Positions 16,773 to 27,505 are shown, counted from the stretch's first letter. The stretch is 64,000 bases of DNA from Patescibacteria group bacterium (GCA_041649575.1 JBAZMW010000002.1:78159-142158), one strand, 5' to 3'. A program made the numbers and translations. The notes: a model not told the origin generated them from the sequence alone.

Positions 16773-18341
16773 ATGGCAGTTAATAAACCAAAACAATCTA
16801 AAAAAGTGATTTTATTAATTTTAGACGGCTGGGGGATTGGCAAAAATGACGCCTCCAATCCGATTTTTTTGGTCCGGCCGAAATTCATCAATTCGCTTTA
16901 TAAGAAATACCCTCACACCCAGATTTGCGCCTCTGGCCGTTGTGCCGGGCTGCCGCCGGATCAAGTAGGTAATTCCGAGGCTGGGCACATGAACTTGGGT
17001 GCCGGACGAGTGGTCGACCAGGATGCTGTCAAAATTTCCAAACAAATAAATACCGGTGAATTTTTCAAAAACCCGGCTTTTTTGGCGGCGTTTAGCCACG
17101 TCAGAAAAAATAATTCCGCCCTGCACTTGATAGGCATGCTTTCTAACGGGCAGAGTCCGCACAGCGATCCCGATCATCTTTTGGCCCTGTTGACCATGAC
17201 GCGGAAATATAAGGTCAAAAGGATTTATCTGCATTTATTCACCGACGGACGCGATAGCCCGCAACATTCCAGTCTGAAGTCAATAATGGCCTTGGAGCGA
17301 TCTTTGAAACCTAATGAAATAATCGCCACTGTCATTGGCCGTTTTTATGCCATGGACCGCAAAAAATCATGGGACCGCACGGTGCGCTCTTATAACGCCA
17401 TGACCGCCGATCACAGCGAACATCGCGCCAATAGCCCGCAGGCCGGAATCATGCGCGCCTATAACGCCAACATTACCGATGAGTTCATAGAGCCGATTGT
17501 TATTTATCGAAAAGGAAAAATAATCAGAAGAATAAGTGACGATGACGCGATTATTTTTTTTAATTTGCGCAGCGACCGCGCCCGTCAGCTGGCCAAGCCT
17601 TTTGTCCAGCATGATTTCGAAGCAGCCAATCCCGGCTCGGAAAAATTTCCCCGCAAAGAAATCCTAAAAAATATAGTTTTTGTCGCCATGACCGATTTTG
17701 GCCCCGATTTAGATAATATCTTGACCGCCTACCCCTCCGAAGATTTAAAAAATACTTTGCCTTTTGTTTTAAAAAACAAGAAGCAGGTTTATATTGCCGA
17801 GAGCGAGAAATACGCCCACGTCACTTTCTTTTTTAATGGCGGTTATGCCGATCCGGTTGCCGGGGAAAAAAGGATAAACGTTCCTTCGCCCCGAGTCAGG
17901 TCTTATGATGCGGCTCCGGCGATGTCGACCGCGGCCATTACCAAAAAAGTTATCTCCAGCCTCAAGAGTTACGATTTTATTTGCGCCAATTTTGCGTGTC
18001 CGGATATGATTGGCCATACCGGCAATCTGCTGGCGGCCAAGCAAACAGTCAAAGCGGTTGACGGCTATCTAAAAAAGGTGGTTTCCGCTTGCCTGAAACA
18101 GCAGGCAACCTTGATCATTACAGCCGATCATGGTAATATAGAGTACATGCGCAATCTTGATACCGACGAAGTTGTTACCGAGCATACCACCAATCCGGTG
18201 CCCTTTATTGTTATCAATAAAAATTTTAACAGAAACAGTCATTTGAAAAAGGGCGGATTTTTGGGTAATGTGGCGCCTACGATTCTAAAATTACTTGGCA
18301 TCAAAAAGCCAAAAGAAATGACCAAAGACAGCCTGATTTAA
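16773..18341 (+). CDS. gpmI: 2,3-bisphosphoglycerate-independent phosphoglycerate mutase, copy 1
   Basis: LILDGWG, GNSEAGH (phospho-Ser site), GRFYAMDRD, PDMIGHTG, TADHGN motifs. Confidence 0.9.
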   Translation: MAVNKPKQSKKVILLILDGWGIGKNDASNPIFLVRPKFINSLYKKYPHTQICASGRCAGLPPDQVGNSEAGHMNLGAGRVVDQDAVKISKQINTGEFFKNPAFLAAFSHVRKNNSALHLIGMLSNGQSPHSDPDHLLALLTMTRKYKVKRIYLHLFTDGRDSPQHSSLKSIMALERSLKPNEIIATVIGRFYAMDRKKSWDRTVRSYNAMTADHSEHRANSPQAGIMRAYNANITDEFIEPIVIYRKGKIIRRISDDDAIIFFNLRSDRARQLAKPFVQHDFEAANPGSEKFPRKEILKNIVFVAMTDFGPDLDNILTAYPSEDLKNTLPFVLKNKKQVYIAESEKYAHVTFFFNGGYADPVAGEKRINVPSPRVRSYDAAPAMSTAAITKKVISSLKSYDFICANFACPDMIGHTGNLLAAKQTVKAVDGYLKKVVSACLKQQATLIITADHGNIEYMRNLDTDEVVTEHTTNPVPFIVINKNFNRNSHLKKGGFLGNVAPTILKLLGIKKPKEMTKDSLI

Positions 18342-18353
18342 AATTTATTTTTT

Positions 18354-19949
18354 ATGTCTGACATAAATAACAATACTCGCCCCAAGCCGGTGGTTTTGAT
18401 AATTCTCGACGGTTGGGGAGTGGCGCCGGCCTCGCGAGCCAATGCCATTTCTCTGGCCAAAACGCCAGCCATTAACAATCTAATCAAGACTTATCCGGCC
18501 ATGACGCTTCAGGCTTCTGGCGAGGCAGTGGGCTTGTCGTGGGGAGAAATAGGAAATTCCGAGGTTGGCCATCTTAATCTCGGTTCCGGGAAATTAATTT
18601 ATCAAAATTTGCCGCGAATCAACAAGGCTATTACCGATGGCTCCTTTTTCAAAAATGACAAATTTTTGGCAGCAGTAAAATCCGCCAAAGACAAAGGCGC
18701 CGCTCTTCATTTGATGGGCTTGGCTTCTTCCGGCGGCGTCCATAGCTCCATCGACCATCTGTTTGCTTTAATGGAACTTTGTGCCAAGGAAAAACTCAAA
18801 GAGGTTTTTATTCATGTTTTTCTGGATGGTCGCGACATGCCTTACAATTCCGGCATTGATTTTATTAATAAGATTCAACAGAAAATCGCCGAGTATAAAA
18901 TTGGCCAGATTGCTTCTATTTCCGGCCGTTTTTATGCCATGGATCGCGATAATCACTGGGAGCGCATAATTTTGGCCTATAACGCCATGGTGAAGGGAGA
19001 GGCGGAAAATAAATTTACTGATCCGCTAAAGGCCGTTCAATCATCTTATGACAAAAAAATTTATGATGAAGAGTTTGTCCCGACGGTTATCATCAAGAAT
19101 AATTCTCCGGTGGGCACCATTAAGGCCGGTGATTCAGTAATTTTTTTCAATTTTAGAAGCGACCGCGCTCGAGAAATCACCAAAGCTTTTGTTCTGCCAG
19201 GTTTTGAGAAGTTTCCTCGCCAGTATCTCAAAGATTTGTATTTTGTATCTATGACCGAGTATGAAAAAGAGTTGCCGGTAGAAGTCGCTTTCCCACCGGA
19301 AAATATCACCGAGCCGCTAGCCAAAGTGATTGCCGCCGCCGGTCTGAAACAGCTTCATATTGCCGAAACCGAAAAATACGCCCACGTCACTTTCTTTTTT
19401 AATGGCGGCCTGGAGGAGCAATTTACCGGCGAAGAACGCATCTTGGTCCCTTCGCCGCGCGTGGCTTCTTATGCTCAGAAGCCAGAGATGTCTGCCAAGG
19501 AGGTGACCAAAAAAATAGTTAAGGAAATCATGGATGATAAATACGATTTTATAGTGATTAATTTTGCCAACGGCGATATGGTTAGCCACACCGGTGACCT
19601 GAAGGCCACCATTAAAGCCTGCGAGGTGATTGATGGTTGTGTTAAGCAAATAGTCGAAGTAGTTTTAGCCAAAAATGGAGCGGCTTTTATTACAGCCGAC
19701 CATGGCAATGCCGAGGAGCTGGTTAATTTGCAATCGGGCGAAATCGACAAAGAGCACAGCACTTATCCGGTGCCTTTTATTATTATCGGCAAGCAGTGGG
19801 AAGGCAAAACTGCCGGTTTGTCCGAGGTGCCTAATTCCGATTTAAGCTTGGTTCAGCCGTCGGGCATCCTTTCCGATGTCGCTCCGACGATTCTTAAGGT
19901 GATGAATTTGGAGAAACCAGAGGCAATGACCGGTCGCAGCCTGCTTTAA
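18354..19949 (+). CDS. gpmI: 2,3-bisphosphoglycerate-independent phosphoglycerate mutase, copy 2 (tandem paralogue)
   Basis: Same motif set (LIILDGWG, GNSEVGH, GRFYAMDRD, GDMVSHTG, TADHGN). Roughly 40% identical to copy 1 by eye. Confidence 0.9.
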   Translation: MSDINNNTRPKPVVLIILDGWGVAPASRANAISLAKTPAINNLIKTYPAMTLQASGEAVGLSWGEIGNSEVGHLNLGSGKLIYQNLPRINKAITDGSFFKNDKFLAAVKSAKDKGAALHLMGLASSGGVHSSIDHLFALMELCAKEKLKEVFIHVFLDGRDMPYNSGIDFINKIQQKIAEYKIGQIASISGRFYAMDRDNHWERIILAYNAMVKGEAENKFTDPLKAVQSSYDKKIYDEEFVPTVIIKNNSPVGTIKAGDSVIFFNFRSDRAREITKAFVLPGFEKFPRQYLKDLYFVSMTEYEKELPVEVAFPPENITEPLAKVIAAAGLKQLHIAETEKYAHVTFFFNGGLEEQFTGEERILVPSPRVASYAQKPEMSAKEVTKKIVKEIMDDKYDFIVINFANGDMVSHTGDLKATIKACEVIDGCVKQIVEVVLAKNGAAFITADHGNAEELVNLQSGEIDKEHSTYPVPFIIIGKQWEGKTAGLSEVPNSDLSLVQPSGILSDVAPTILKVMNLEKPEAMTGRSLL

Positions 19950-19981
19950 TCAATAACGCGCCAGTTCCAGTTCCCGCTATC

Positions 19982-21535
19982 ATGGCGGGCTTTATATTTG
20001 ATTTTTTACCTGAAAAGTGGTATTTTTTATCTATTATGAAAAGCAAAACTTCTCAAAGAATTGCTGAAGTATTTCCGGCTGCCCTAGTTTGGGCGACCTT
20101 TTTTTTGGCTTTTCTAATTTCTTTTATCCGGCCGCTGTGGGCCATTTATTTTATTCTCATTTTTGTCGTTTATTGGATTGTCCGCTTGTTTTATATGATG
20201 ATTTGGCTGGTGATTTCCTGGCTTTGCTATCGTCGCGATATTAAAATCGATTGGCTTGGCAGGGTCAAACAGCTGCCCAAAAATTATTTGGACTATTATC
20301 ATGTCATAACCTACCCCACCTATAAAGAGCCTTTTGAGGTCATTGAGCGATCACTTGATAAATTATTAGAGACTGATTATCCCAAAGATAAATTTATTGT
20401 TTGCCTTGGCGGGGAAGACAGAGACCAGGATAATTTTTTGCAAATTGCCGAAAAAATAAAAAATAAATTTGCCGAAAAGTTTTTTAAATTATTAATCACC
20501 GTTCATCCCAGATCTCCCGACGAATTGCCCGGCAAGGGCTCTAACGTCCATTACATGGAGCAAAATTTAAAAAAGGTGATCGATGAGCTACAGATACCTT
20601 ATGAGAGAGTCATAGTTTCTTGTTTTGATGTGGAAACCCTGCCTCATCCCCAATACTTCGCTTGCCTAACTTATAAATATCTCACTCACCCCAATCCCAC
20701 TCATGCCAGCTATCAGCCGTTGATTCTTTATAATAATAATATTTGGGAATCGAACCCGATCATTCGCGTCGTTGCTTCCGCCACCACTTTCTGGCTTCTG
20801 ACCGACCTGTCTCGCCCCGAACGATTATTGACTTTTTCTTCCCACAGTATGAGCTTTAAAATGCTCGTTGATGTCGGTTTTCACGATAAGACGATTGTTA
20901 CCGAGGACTCCCGCATTTGTCTGCAAGCCATGGTTCGTTATGACGGTGATTATGAGGTGGTGCCGATGTTTGTCACTTTATCGATGGACACAGTGCAAAT
21001 TGGTTCATTGAGAAAAAGTTTTATTAATCAGTACAAGCAAATGAGGCGCTGGGCTTGGGGGGTGGAGCATTTTCCTTGGCTTTGGGCTAATTTTTTTGGC
21101 GCCAGTGCTAATCATAAAATTCCTCTCAAAAAACGTTGGCAATATTTATGGAATCAGACCGAAGGAATGTATTCTTGGTCCACCGCGCCACTGCTGATAT
21201 TTGTCGTTGGCCGGCTGCCGTTGTTAATGGCCTCCGACGCCGTTAAGGCCACCGCTTTTTTTCAGAAGGCCCCTTACACGCTGGAGCATTTGATGTTAAT
21301 CGGCATGGTTGGTTTGATAGTCAACTCAATTATGTATACTTTGATGCTCCCGGCCCGGCCCAGAGGTTATGGTCTCTGGAATTATCTGATTATGATAGCG
21401 CAATGGGTTATTTTTCCCGCCACCATGATCATTTTTGGTTCTATACCCGCTACCGAGGCCCAAACCAGGCTGATGCTGGGCGGCAAGTATCGTTTAGGTT
21501 TCTGGGTGACAGAAAAACAAGTTAAAAATCAATAA
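19982..21535 (+). CDS. Membrane-embedded processive family-2 glycosyltransferase (cellulose/chitin synthase-like)
   Basis: TED motif (IVTEDSRI) and QxxRW motif (QYKQMRRWAWG) with flanking TM helices. Confidence 0.6.
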   Translation: MAGFIFDFLPEKWYFLSIMKSKTSQRIAEVFPAALVWATFFLAFLISFIRPLWAIYFILIFVVYWIVRLFYMMIWLVISWLCYRRDIKIDWLGRVKQLPKNYLDYYHVITYPTYKEPFEVIERSLDKLLETDYPKDKFIVCLGGEDRDQDNFLQIAEKIKNKFAEKFFKLLITVHPRSPDELPGKGSNVHYMEQNLKKVIDELQIPYERVIVSCFDVETLPHPQYFACLTYKYLTHPNPTHASYQPLILYNNNIWESNPIIRVVASATTFWLLTDLSRPERLLTFSSHSMSFKMLVDVGFHDKTIVTEDSRICLQAMVRYDGDYEVVPMFVTLSMDTVQIGSLRKSFINQYKQMRRWAWGVEHFPWLWANFFGASANHKIPLKKRWQYLWNQTEGMYSWSTAPLLIFVVGRLPLLMASDAVKATAFFQKAPYTLEHLMLIGMVGLIVNSIMYTLMLPARPRGYGLWNYLIMIAQWVIFPATMIIFGSIPATEAQTRLMLGGKYRLGFWVTEKQVKNQ

Positions 21536-21537
21536 TT

Positions 21538-22581
21538 TTGGTTATGAAATTTCCCAAGGTCACCATTCAGCTAGTCACCTGGAACAGTCTGCGTTATTTG
21601 CCAGAGTGCTTGAAGTCTATTTTTGATCAGTCTTACCGCGATTTTCAAGTTTTGATTATTGACAATAACTCTCAAGATGCTACCATTGATTGGTTGAAGC
21701 TAAACTATCCTCAAGTAGCGATTTTTCAAAACAAAAAAAATGTCGGTTTTTCCAGGGCCAATAACCAGGGAATAAAGTTATTAAATTCGCCTTATGTGGT
21801 GCTTTGTAATCCCGATATAATTTTGAGTACTGACTGGCTAGGCAAAATAATGGCTAGCGTCGAGAGTGACAGCGACAAACAATATGGTGTTTTTGGCGGC
21901 AAGTTATTGAAGCTCAAAATCGTCAACTGGGAAATCAGTGAGCTGGAAAAAACCAAGATCATAGATTCTTGCGGTTTGCGAGTGCTAAAAAATCACCGGG
22001 TATTGGAACTGGGCGCTGGAGAGGCCGAGGAAGGCTGGAACAAGCAACAGGAAGTTTTTGGCTTTTCTGGGGCTTTGGCGCTTTATCGCCGGGAGGCGCT
22101 GGAAACTTGTCTGATAAAAACCAAAAGCAACCCGCAGGGCGAGTACTTCGATGAAGATTTTTTCTGCTACAAAGAAGATGTGGATTTGTCTTGGCGGTTG
22201 CAACTTCTCGGTTGGCGAGCCTGGCTTAATCCTCAGGCTGTGGCCTATCATTTGCGCTCGCTCGGCGGTTCAGAAAAAATTGGTTTTAGACAAATTTTTG
22301 GCAATCGCCGCCGACAATCAACTTTTTCTCGCTATTATTCTTATCGCAATCATCTTTTAGTTTTATTGAAGAATGAATTTTTAATTAATCTTATCAAATA
22401 CGGACCAAGAATTTTTTGGTACGAGTTTAAAAAGTTTTGTTATCTCTTACTCTTTGAATGGAGCAGTTTGTCTGCAGCAGGGGAAGCGATCAGATTGTTA
22501 CCGAAAATTTTTAGCAAGAGAAAATTAATTTTTAAAAAAACTAGGGTCGAAGCCGGTTATTTGCGAAAATGGTTTAATTAA
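21538..22581 (+). CDS. Glycosyltransferase family 2
   Basis: N-terminal VTIQLVTWNSLRYLPECLKSIFDQSY...LIIDNNSQD GT-A fold signature. Confidence 0.75.
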   Translation: MVMKFPKVTIQLVTWNSLRYLPECLKSIFDQSYRDFQVLIIDNNSQDATIDWLKLNYPQVAIFQNKKNVGFSRANNQGIKLLNSPYVVLCNPDIILSTDWLGKIMASVESDSDKQYGVFGGKLLKLKIVNWEISELEKTKIIDSCGLRVLKNHRVLELGAGEAEEGWNKQQEVFGFSGALALYRREALETCLIKTKSNPQGEYFDEDFFCYKEDVDLSWRLQLLGWRAWLNPQAVAYHLRSLGGSEKIGFRQIFGNRRRQSTFSRYYSYRNHLLVLLKNEFLINLIKYGPRIFWYEFKKFCYLLLFEWSSLSAAGEAIRLLPKIFSKRKLIFKKTRVEAGYLRKWFN

Positions 22582-22590
22582 AAACAAAAA

Positions 22591-23391
22591 ATGGAAATCT
22601 CCATAATCATCAATAATTACAAAACCAGCGGCCTGTTGAAACAGTGCCTCAAAGGAATCTTTTTATATCCGCCAAGCGTGGCCTACGAGATAATAGTCGT
22701 CGATAATAATTCCCAAGACGGTAGCGTCGAGGTGGTAAAAAACAACTTCCCTCAAGTCAAACTGATTGAGGCCGGTGGCAATTTGGGTCATCATAAGGGC
22801 AATAATTTGGGCATTAAGAACTCTAGTGGTAAATATTTACTGCTGCTTAATACGGATATAGCGTTTTTGGATAATTCCATAGACAAGATGTATCAATTTA
22901 TGGAGGCACAGCCGCAGATTGGCCTGGTTGGTCCAAAATTAAAGAATCCCGATGGCTCAATCCAATTGTCTTGCCTGCGTTTTCCTGGCAAAATGGTGCC
23001 TATTTATCGCCGGACTTTTTTGGGCAAGTTGCCTTTTGCTCGCCGGAAGATCAATCGTTATTTGATGACCGATTTTAGCCATCAGGAAACCAGGCCAGTA
23101 AATTGGATTTTAGGCGCTTGCGTTATGGTCAGGCGTTCGGCGGTCGAGAAGGTAGGCTTAATGGATGAAGACCTTTTTTTGTATTTTGGCGATGTGGCTT
23201 GGTGCCAGAAATTGTGGCAAGCCGGCTACCAAGTTTATTATTTTATTGATGCCAATATCGTTCACTATCACAAGCGAGAATCAGCGCAAAGCGGAATTTG
23301 GTCTAAAATTTTTTGGATTCATATTTTTGATTGGTTTAAATATTTAAAAAAATACTCTCAAATCAATGTGGCTGAAGAAAAAAACAGTTAA
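22591..23391 (+). CDS. Glycosyltransferase family 2
   Basis: ISIIINNYKTSGLLKQCL...IIVVDNNSQDGS GT-A signature. Confidence 0.75.
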   Translation: MEISIIINNYKTSGLLKQCLKGIFLYPPSVAYEIIVVDNNSQDGSVEVVKNNFPQVKLIEAGGNLGHHKGNNLGIKNSSGKYLLLLNTDIAFLDNSIDKMYQFMEAQPQIGLVGPKLKNPDGSIQLSCLRFPGKMVPIYRRTFLGKLPFARRKINRYLMTDFSHQETRPVNWILGACVMVRRSAVEKVGLMDEDLFLYFGDVAWCQKLWQAGYQVYYFIDANIVHYHKRESAQSGIWSKIFWIHIFDWFKYLKKYSQINVAEEKNS

Positions 23392-25342
23392 ATACAAAAT
23401 CGACGATTTTTTAATGGAGCATGGTCTCAAGAAAAAAAAATCCAAGACTTGGATTTGGCTGATTCTGGTCGGAGCAGCTGTGATTTTTTTGTTGGTCATT
23501 CTGGTGCCTCTGGCGACGAGTAGCCAGAAATTATTAAACGGTTTGAAAGCTGCCGAGCAAAAAGCTAACCTAGCTTTTGGTTATGCCAGTAGCGGCAACT
23601 GGAGTCAGACCGCCCGGACTTTGGAGGAATTAAATAAAGAATTGTCAATTGTCAAGGCCAGTTCCCAGCAATTAGGCCTGATTTCTTATTTGCCTCCAAT
23701 TAAAAAAATTAATTTATCTTTCGGTCAATTGGTTGATTCGGCCAATGATTTGACCTTTGCCTACGGTATGATTTTTTCTGTTTTAGATAAAATGGAACAG
23801 GAGTTAGACGTAGAAAAATTGGCGAGCGGTCTTAGTGATCGAGATAATTTTAAGGGATTGTTAAAATCAATAGCTGACAATCGCCAGGATTTGTTGTTGG
23901 CTGAAAAAAAGATTGATTCGGCTGGCCAAAAGTTATTGCAGATTAATACTAATAATTTTTCCGGGCCGCTTAAAGACAAATTATTACAAGTTAATAAGTT
24001 GCTTCAGACCGGAGTTGACAATACCAAGACGGCTTTGCCTTTAATAACTAATCTGCCTGAAATTTTGGGCTACAACCAGGAAAAAACCTATCTTTTTGTT
24101 TTTCAAAACAATATGGAGCTCCGGCCAACTGGAGGGTTTATTGGTTCTTATGGATTAATTAAAATTAAGGACGGAAAGATAATAAACGTTTTTACCGACG
24201 ACATTTATAATCTTGATAAGTTGTCGGAAGGTAAGTTGTTGGCTTTGGCGCCGGTGCCGATGCTAAAATACAACGCCCAAAAATATTGGTACCTGCGCGA
24301 TGCCAATTGGTCGCCGGATTGGCCGACCTCGGCTCAAAAGATAATTTGGTTTTTTGACCAGGAAAGGGCGGTTGCCAACCTACCGCCACTAAAACTCGAT
24401 GGCGTGATTGCCATCAACCCCGATTTTATTAGTAATCTTTTGGCTGTCATCGGACCGATCACGGCTCAAGGTTTGACTTTTAAGTCTGACAATTTTGCCA
24501 GTGATTTGGAAAAATTCGTCGAATTCGATTATGTTCACAATCAAATAGCTAAGACGCAACGCAAGGATATTATTGGTGTTTTGACCGGCATAATAATAAA
24601 CAAGGTTTATGATTTGCCGCCCGCCGAGCTATTGAAAATCTGGCTGGCTTTTAAGAAGAGTATTGATGAAAAAAATATTTTAGTTTTTCTGACCGATGGC
24701 AATTTACAGCAGGAATTCAGTCGAAACAATTGGTCCGGAGAAGTCAAGACGGCCGACGCCGATTATTTAATGGTAATTGATAGCAATTTTGCCGCCTTAA
24801 AAACCGACCAGGTAATGAAACGGTCCTTAAGCTATAATTTGACCGTTGATGACAGGGGAGATTTATTCGGACACCTTGAGGTGACCTATCAGCATCAAGG
24901 TAAATATGTTAAAGATTTGATTACCAAATATCGCGATTACGTCCGGGTTTATGTGCCAGAAAATAGTTGGTTTAACAGGATAGCCGTTAAACACAACAAC
25001 GAGATTAAGGATTTGAATCTAAAAGATGAAGTGGTTTTTAACAAAGAGCTAGGCAAATCAACGGCCGCAACTTTTTTCACCGTTGAGCCGGGGGAGACCA
25101 AGACTTTGATTTTTGAATATAAACTGCCGGAGTCGGTCAAAAAACAGTACCAGTCGGGGCTGTACAAATTTAGTGTTCAGAAGCAGCCAGGGACGGTTGG
25201 ACATAATCTTAAAATTTATCTAGACTTTAATCAACCGATTATTGCCTATCACGCTGATGCTTTGCCGCATAAAATGGACAGCGAAACGGTTAGTTGGCAG
25301 ACCGACCTGTCTTTGGATCGTAATTTCACCATTAAGTTTTGA
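23366..25342 (+). CDS. Membrane-anchored extracytoplasmic protein, possibly DUF4012 family (often next to glycosyltransferases)
   Basis: N-terminal TM anchor and large soluble domain; family assignment from gestalt only. Confidence 0.3.
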   Translation: MWLKKKTVKYKIDDFLMEHGLKKKKSKTWIWLILVGAAVIFLLVILVPLATSSQKLLNGLKAAEQKANLAFGYASSGNWSQTARTLEELNKELSIVKASSQQLGLISYLPPIKKINLSFGQLVDSANDLTFAYGMIFSVLDKMEQELDVEKLASGLSDRDNFKGLLKSIADNRQDLLLAEKKIDSAGQKLLQINTNNFSGPLKDKLLQVNKLLQTGVDNTKTALPLITNLPEILGYNQEKTYLFVFQNNMELRPTGGFIGSYGLIKIKDGKIINVFTDDIYNLDKLSEGKLLALAPVPMLKYNAQKYWYLRDANWSPDWPTSAQKIIWFFDQERAVANLPPLKLDGVIAINPDFISNLLAVIGPITAQGLTFKSDNFASDLEKFVEFDYVHNQIAKTQRKDIIGVLTGIIINKVYDLPPAELLKIWLAFKKSIDEKNILVFLTDGNLQQEFSRNNWSGEVKTADADYLMVIDSNFAALKTDQVMKRSLSYNLTVDDRGDLFGHLEVTYQHQGKYVKDLITKYRDYVRVYVPENSWFNRIAVKHNNEIKDLNLKDEVVFNKELGKSTAATFFTVEPGETKTLIFEYKLPESVKKQYQSGLYKFSVQKQPGTVGHNLKIYLDFNQPIIAYHADALPHKMDSETVSWQTDLSLDRNFTIKF

Positions 25343-25356
25343 ATTAAAATATTTTT

Positions 25357-26364
25357 ATGTTTTTAAGAAGGATTGGCATCGATTTGGGCACCACCAATGT
25401 TTTAGTGCATGTGCCCAAAAAGGGAGTGGTTATTAATGAGCCTTCGGTAGTGGCTATTTCTACTATTGATAAAAAAATTATTGCGGTTGGGGTTGAGGCC
25501 AAAGAAATGTTAGGCCGGACTCCCGATACCATTATTGCTCAAAAACCCCTTAAAGACGGGGTTATCGCCGATTATAAAACTACCGAGGCCATGCTTAGAT
25601 ATTTTATTAATAAAGCCCTGGGTGGTGTGAGGTTGTTTCGGCCAGAAGTGATGGTGGCAGTGCCGGCCGGTATTACTTCCACCGAACGTCGCGCGGTTAT
25701 TGACGCTACTATTGCCGCCGGCGCTAAAGCCGCTTACATTATAAAAGAACCGATCGTCGCTGCCATTGGGGCCAATATTCCAATCGGCTCGGCCTCTGGC
25801 CACATGATTATCGATATCGGTGGCGGTACTTCCGAAATCGCCGTGATTTCTCTGGGCGGGATTGTTTCTTCCACCTCGGTTCGTGTTGGCGGCAACAAAT
25901 TTGACGTTGCCATCGCCGAGCACGTACGTCGCAAGTATGGATTGGCTATTGGTGAACGTACGGCCGAGGAAATTAAAATCGGCATCGGTTCGGCCCTGTA
26001 TCTAGAAGAAAAGATGGCCATGGACATCAAGGGGCGGGATATTATTACCGGTTTGCCAAAAACTATCACTGTTTCTTCAGATGATGTCACCGAGGCCATT
26101 CAAAACGAGCTGGACGGCATTATTTTGGCCGTTAAAAGTGTTTTGCATAATACGCCGCCAGAACTCTCCGCCGATGTTATTGACAAGGGAGTGGTGATGT
26201 CCGGCGGCTCTAGTTTGCTGCGCAACATTGATAAATTAATAACCCAGGCTACCGGTGTTTCCGCCTACATTGCCGATGACGCTCTGTTTTGTGTGGCCAA
26301 AGGCACAGGTATCGCCCTGGACAATTTGGAGAGCTATAAAAGATCGATTTTAGCCACAAAATAA
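25357..26364 (+). CDS. mreB: MreB/Mbl actin-like protein (paralogue 1, located in the glycosyltransferase block)
   Basis: [43 protein letters not shown] actin-fold motifs. Confidence 0.85.
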   Translation: MFLRRIGIDLGTTNVLVHVPKKGVVINEPSVVAISTIDKKIIAVGVEAKEMLGRTPDTIIAQKPLKDGVIADYKTTEAMLRYFINKALGGVRLFRPEVMVAVPAGITSTERRAVIDATIAAGAKAAYIIKEPIVAAIGANIPIGSASGHMIIDIGGGTSEIAVISLGGIVSSTSVRVGGNKFDVAIAEHVRRKYGLAIGERTAEEIKIGIGSALYLEEKMAMDIKGRDIITGLPKTITVSSDDVTEAIQNELDGIILAVKSVLHNTPPELSADVIDKGVVMSGGSSLLRNIDKLITQATGVSAYIADDALFCVAKGTGIALDNLESYKRSILATK

Positions 26365-26368
26365 ACTT

Positions 26369-27505
26369 ATGACCATCGCCATCGACGCCTCACGGGCCAA
26401 CCGCGACCATAAGACTGGCACCGAATGGTACTCCTGGCACCTGATTCAAGAACTGAAAAAAATAATGCCTGAAAATATTCAGGTTCTTTTATATACTAAC
26501 GAAAAATTAAAGGGGGAGTTAGGCAGTTGTCCCCAAAATTTTCAAGAAAAAATCATTTCTTGGCCACCCCGATATCTATGGACGCAGATCCGTTTGTGGT
26601 GGCAGTTATTGGTTTGTCCGCCGGAAATTTTATTTGTTCCCGCTCACACCATTCCTTTTTTGCCGTTGAGAAAAAAAATCAAGGTGGTGGTGACGGTTCA
26701 TGATGTCGGCTTTAAGCGTTTTCCCGAGCTATATAAAAAGATTCAAGTTTATTATCACGATTTGACCATGAAAAAAATAAAAAGCCGGGCCGATGTTATC
26801 ATTACCGATTCCGATTTTTCCAAAAGAGAAATAACAAATTTTTATGGTATCGAGCCGGAAAAAATAAAAATCGTTTATCTGGGCTATGATCAAAGCAAAT
26901 ACAATTTACAGGCCGGAGCGCTTTTGAAAGACCAGGGAAAAGAAGTTTTAACCAAATATAAAATCGTCAGCCCTTACCTATTATATATTGGACGCCTGGA
27001 AAAGAAGAAAAATATTGGCAATATCATCAAGGCGTTTGCTCTGGCTAAATTGGAGCAAGAAGACTTAAAGCTGGTTTTGGTTGGTAATGCCGGCAACCAA
27101 TATGAAGAAATAAAAAAAATAATTACCGATTTAAGATTGGAGCAAGAAATCATCATGCCTGGCTACTTGGCAGCGGAAGATTTGCCCTTGGTAATTGCCG
27201 GGGCAAAAATGTTTTTATTTCCCACGCTTTACGAAGGTTTTGGTTTGCCGATTTTAGAAGCCATGGCTTGTGGCACGCCGGTTATTACTTCTGATTTAGA
27301 ACCGCATCGAGAGGTGGCTGGCGCGGCGGCGATTTTTGTCGACCCTTCGAGCCCGGAGGATTTGGCCAACAAAATTTTAAAGGTTTTAGCCGATAGCAAT
27401 CTGCGGTTGGAGTTGATCTCCGGCGGCTTAAAAAGGATAACAGAATTCTCCTGGAGAAAAACAGCTCAGCAAACGTTGGCCTGGCTCTTGCCCAAGACCC
27501 CCTAG
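26369..27505 (+). CDS. Glycosyltransferase family 4 (GT-B)
   Basis: EGFGLPILEAMACGTPVITSD motif. Confidence 0.8.
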   Translation: MTIAIDASRANRDHKTGTEWYSWHLIQELKKIMPENIQVLLYTNEKLKGELGSCPQNFQEKIISWPPRYLWTQIRLWWQLLVCPPEILFVPAHTIPFLPLRKKIKVVVTVHDVGFKRFPELYKKIQVYYHDLTMKKIKSRADVIITDSDFSKREITNFYGIEPEKIKIVYLGYDQSKYNLQAGALLKDQGKEVLTKYKIVSPYLLYIGRLEKKKNIGNIIKAFALAKLEQEDLKLVLVGNAGNQYEEIKKIITDLRLEQEIIMPGYLAAEDLPLVIAGAKMFLFPTLYEGFGLPILEAMACGTPVITSDLEPHREVAGAAAIFVDPSSPEDLANKILKVLADSNLRLELISGGLKRITEFSWRKTAQQTLAWLLPKTP

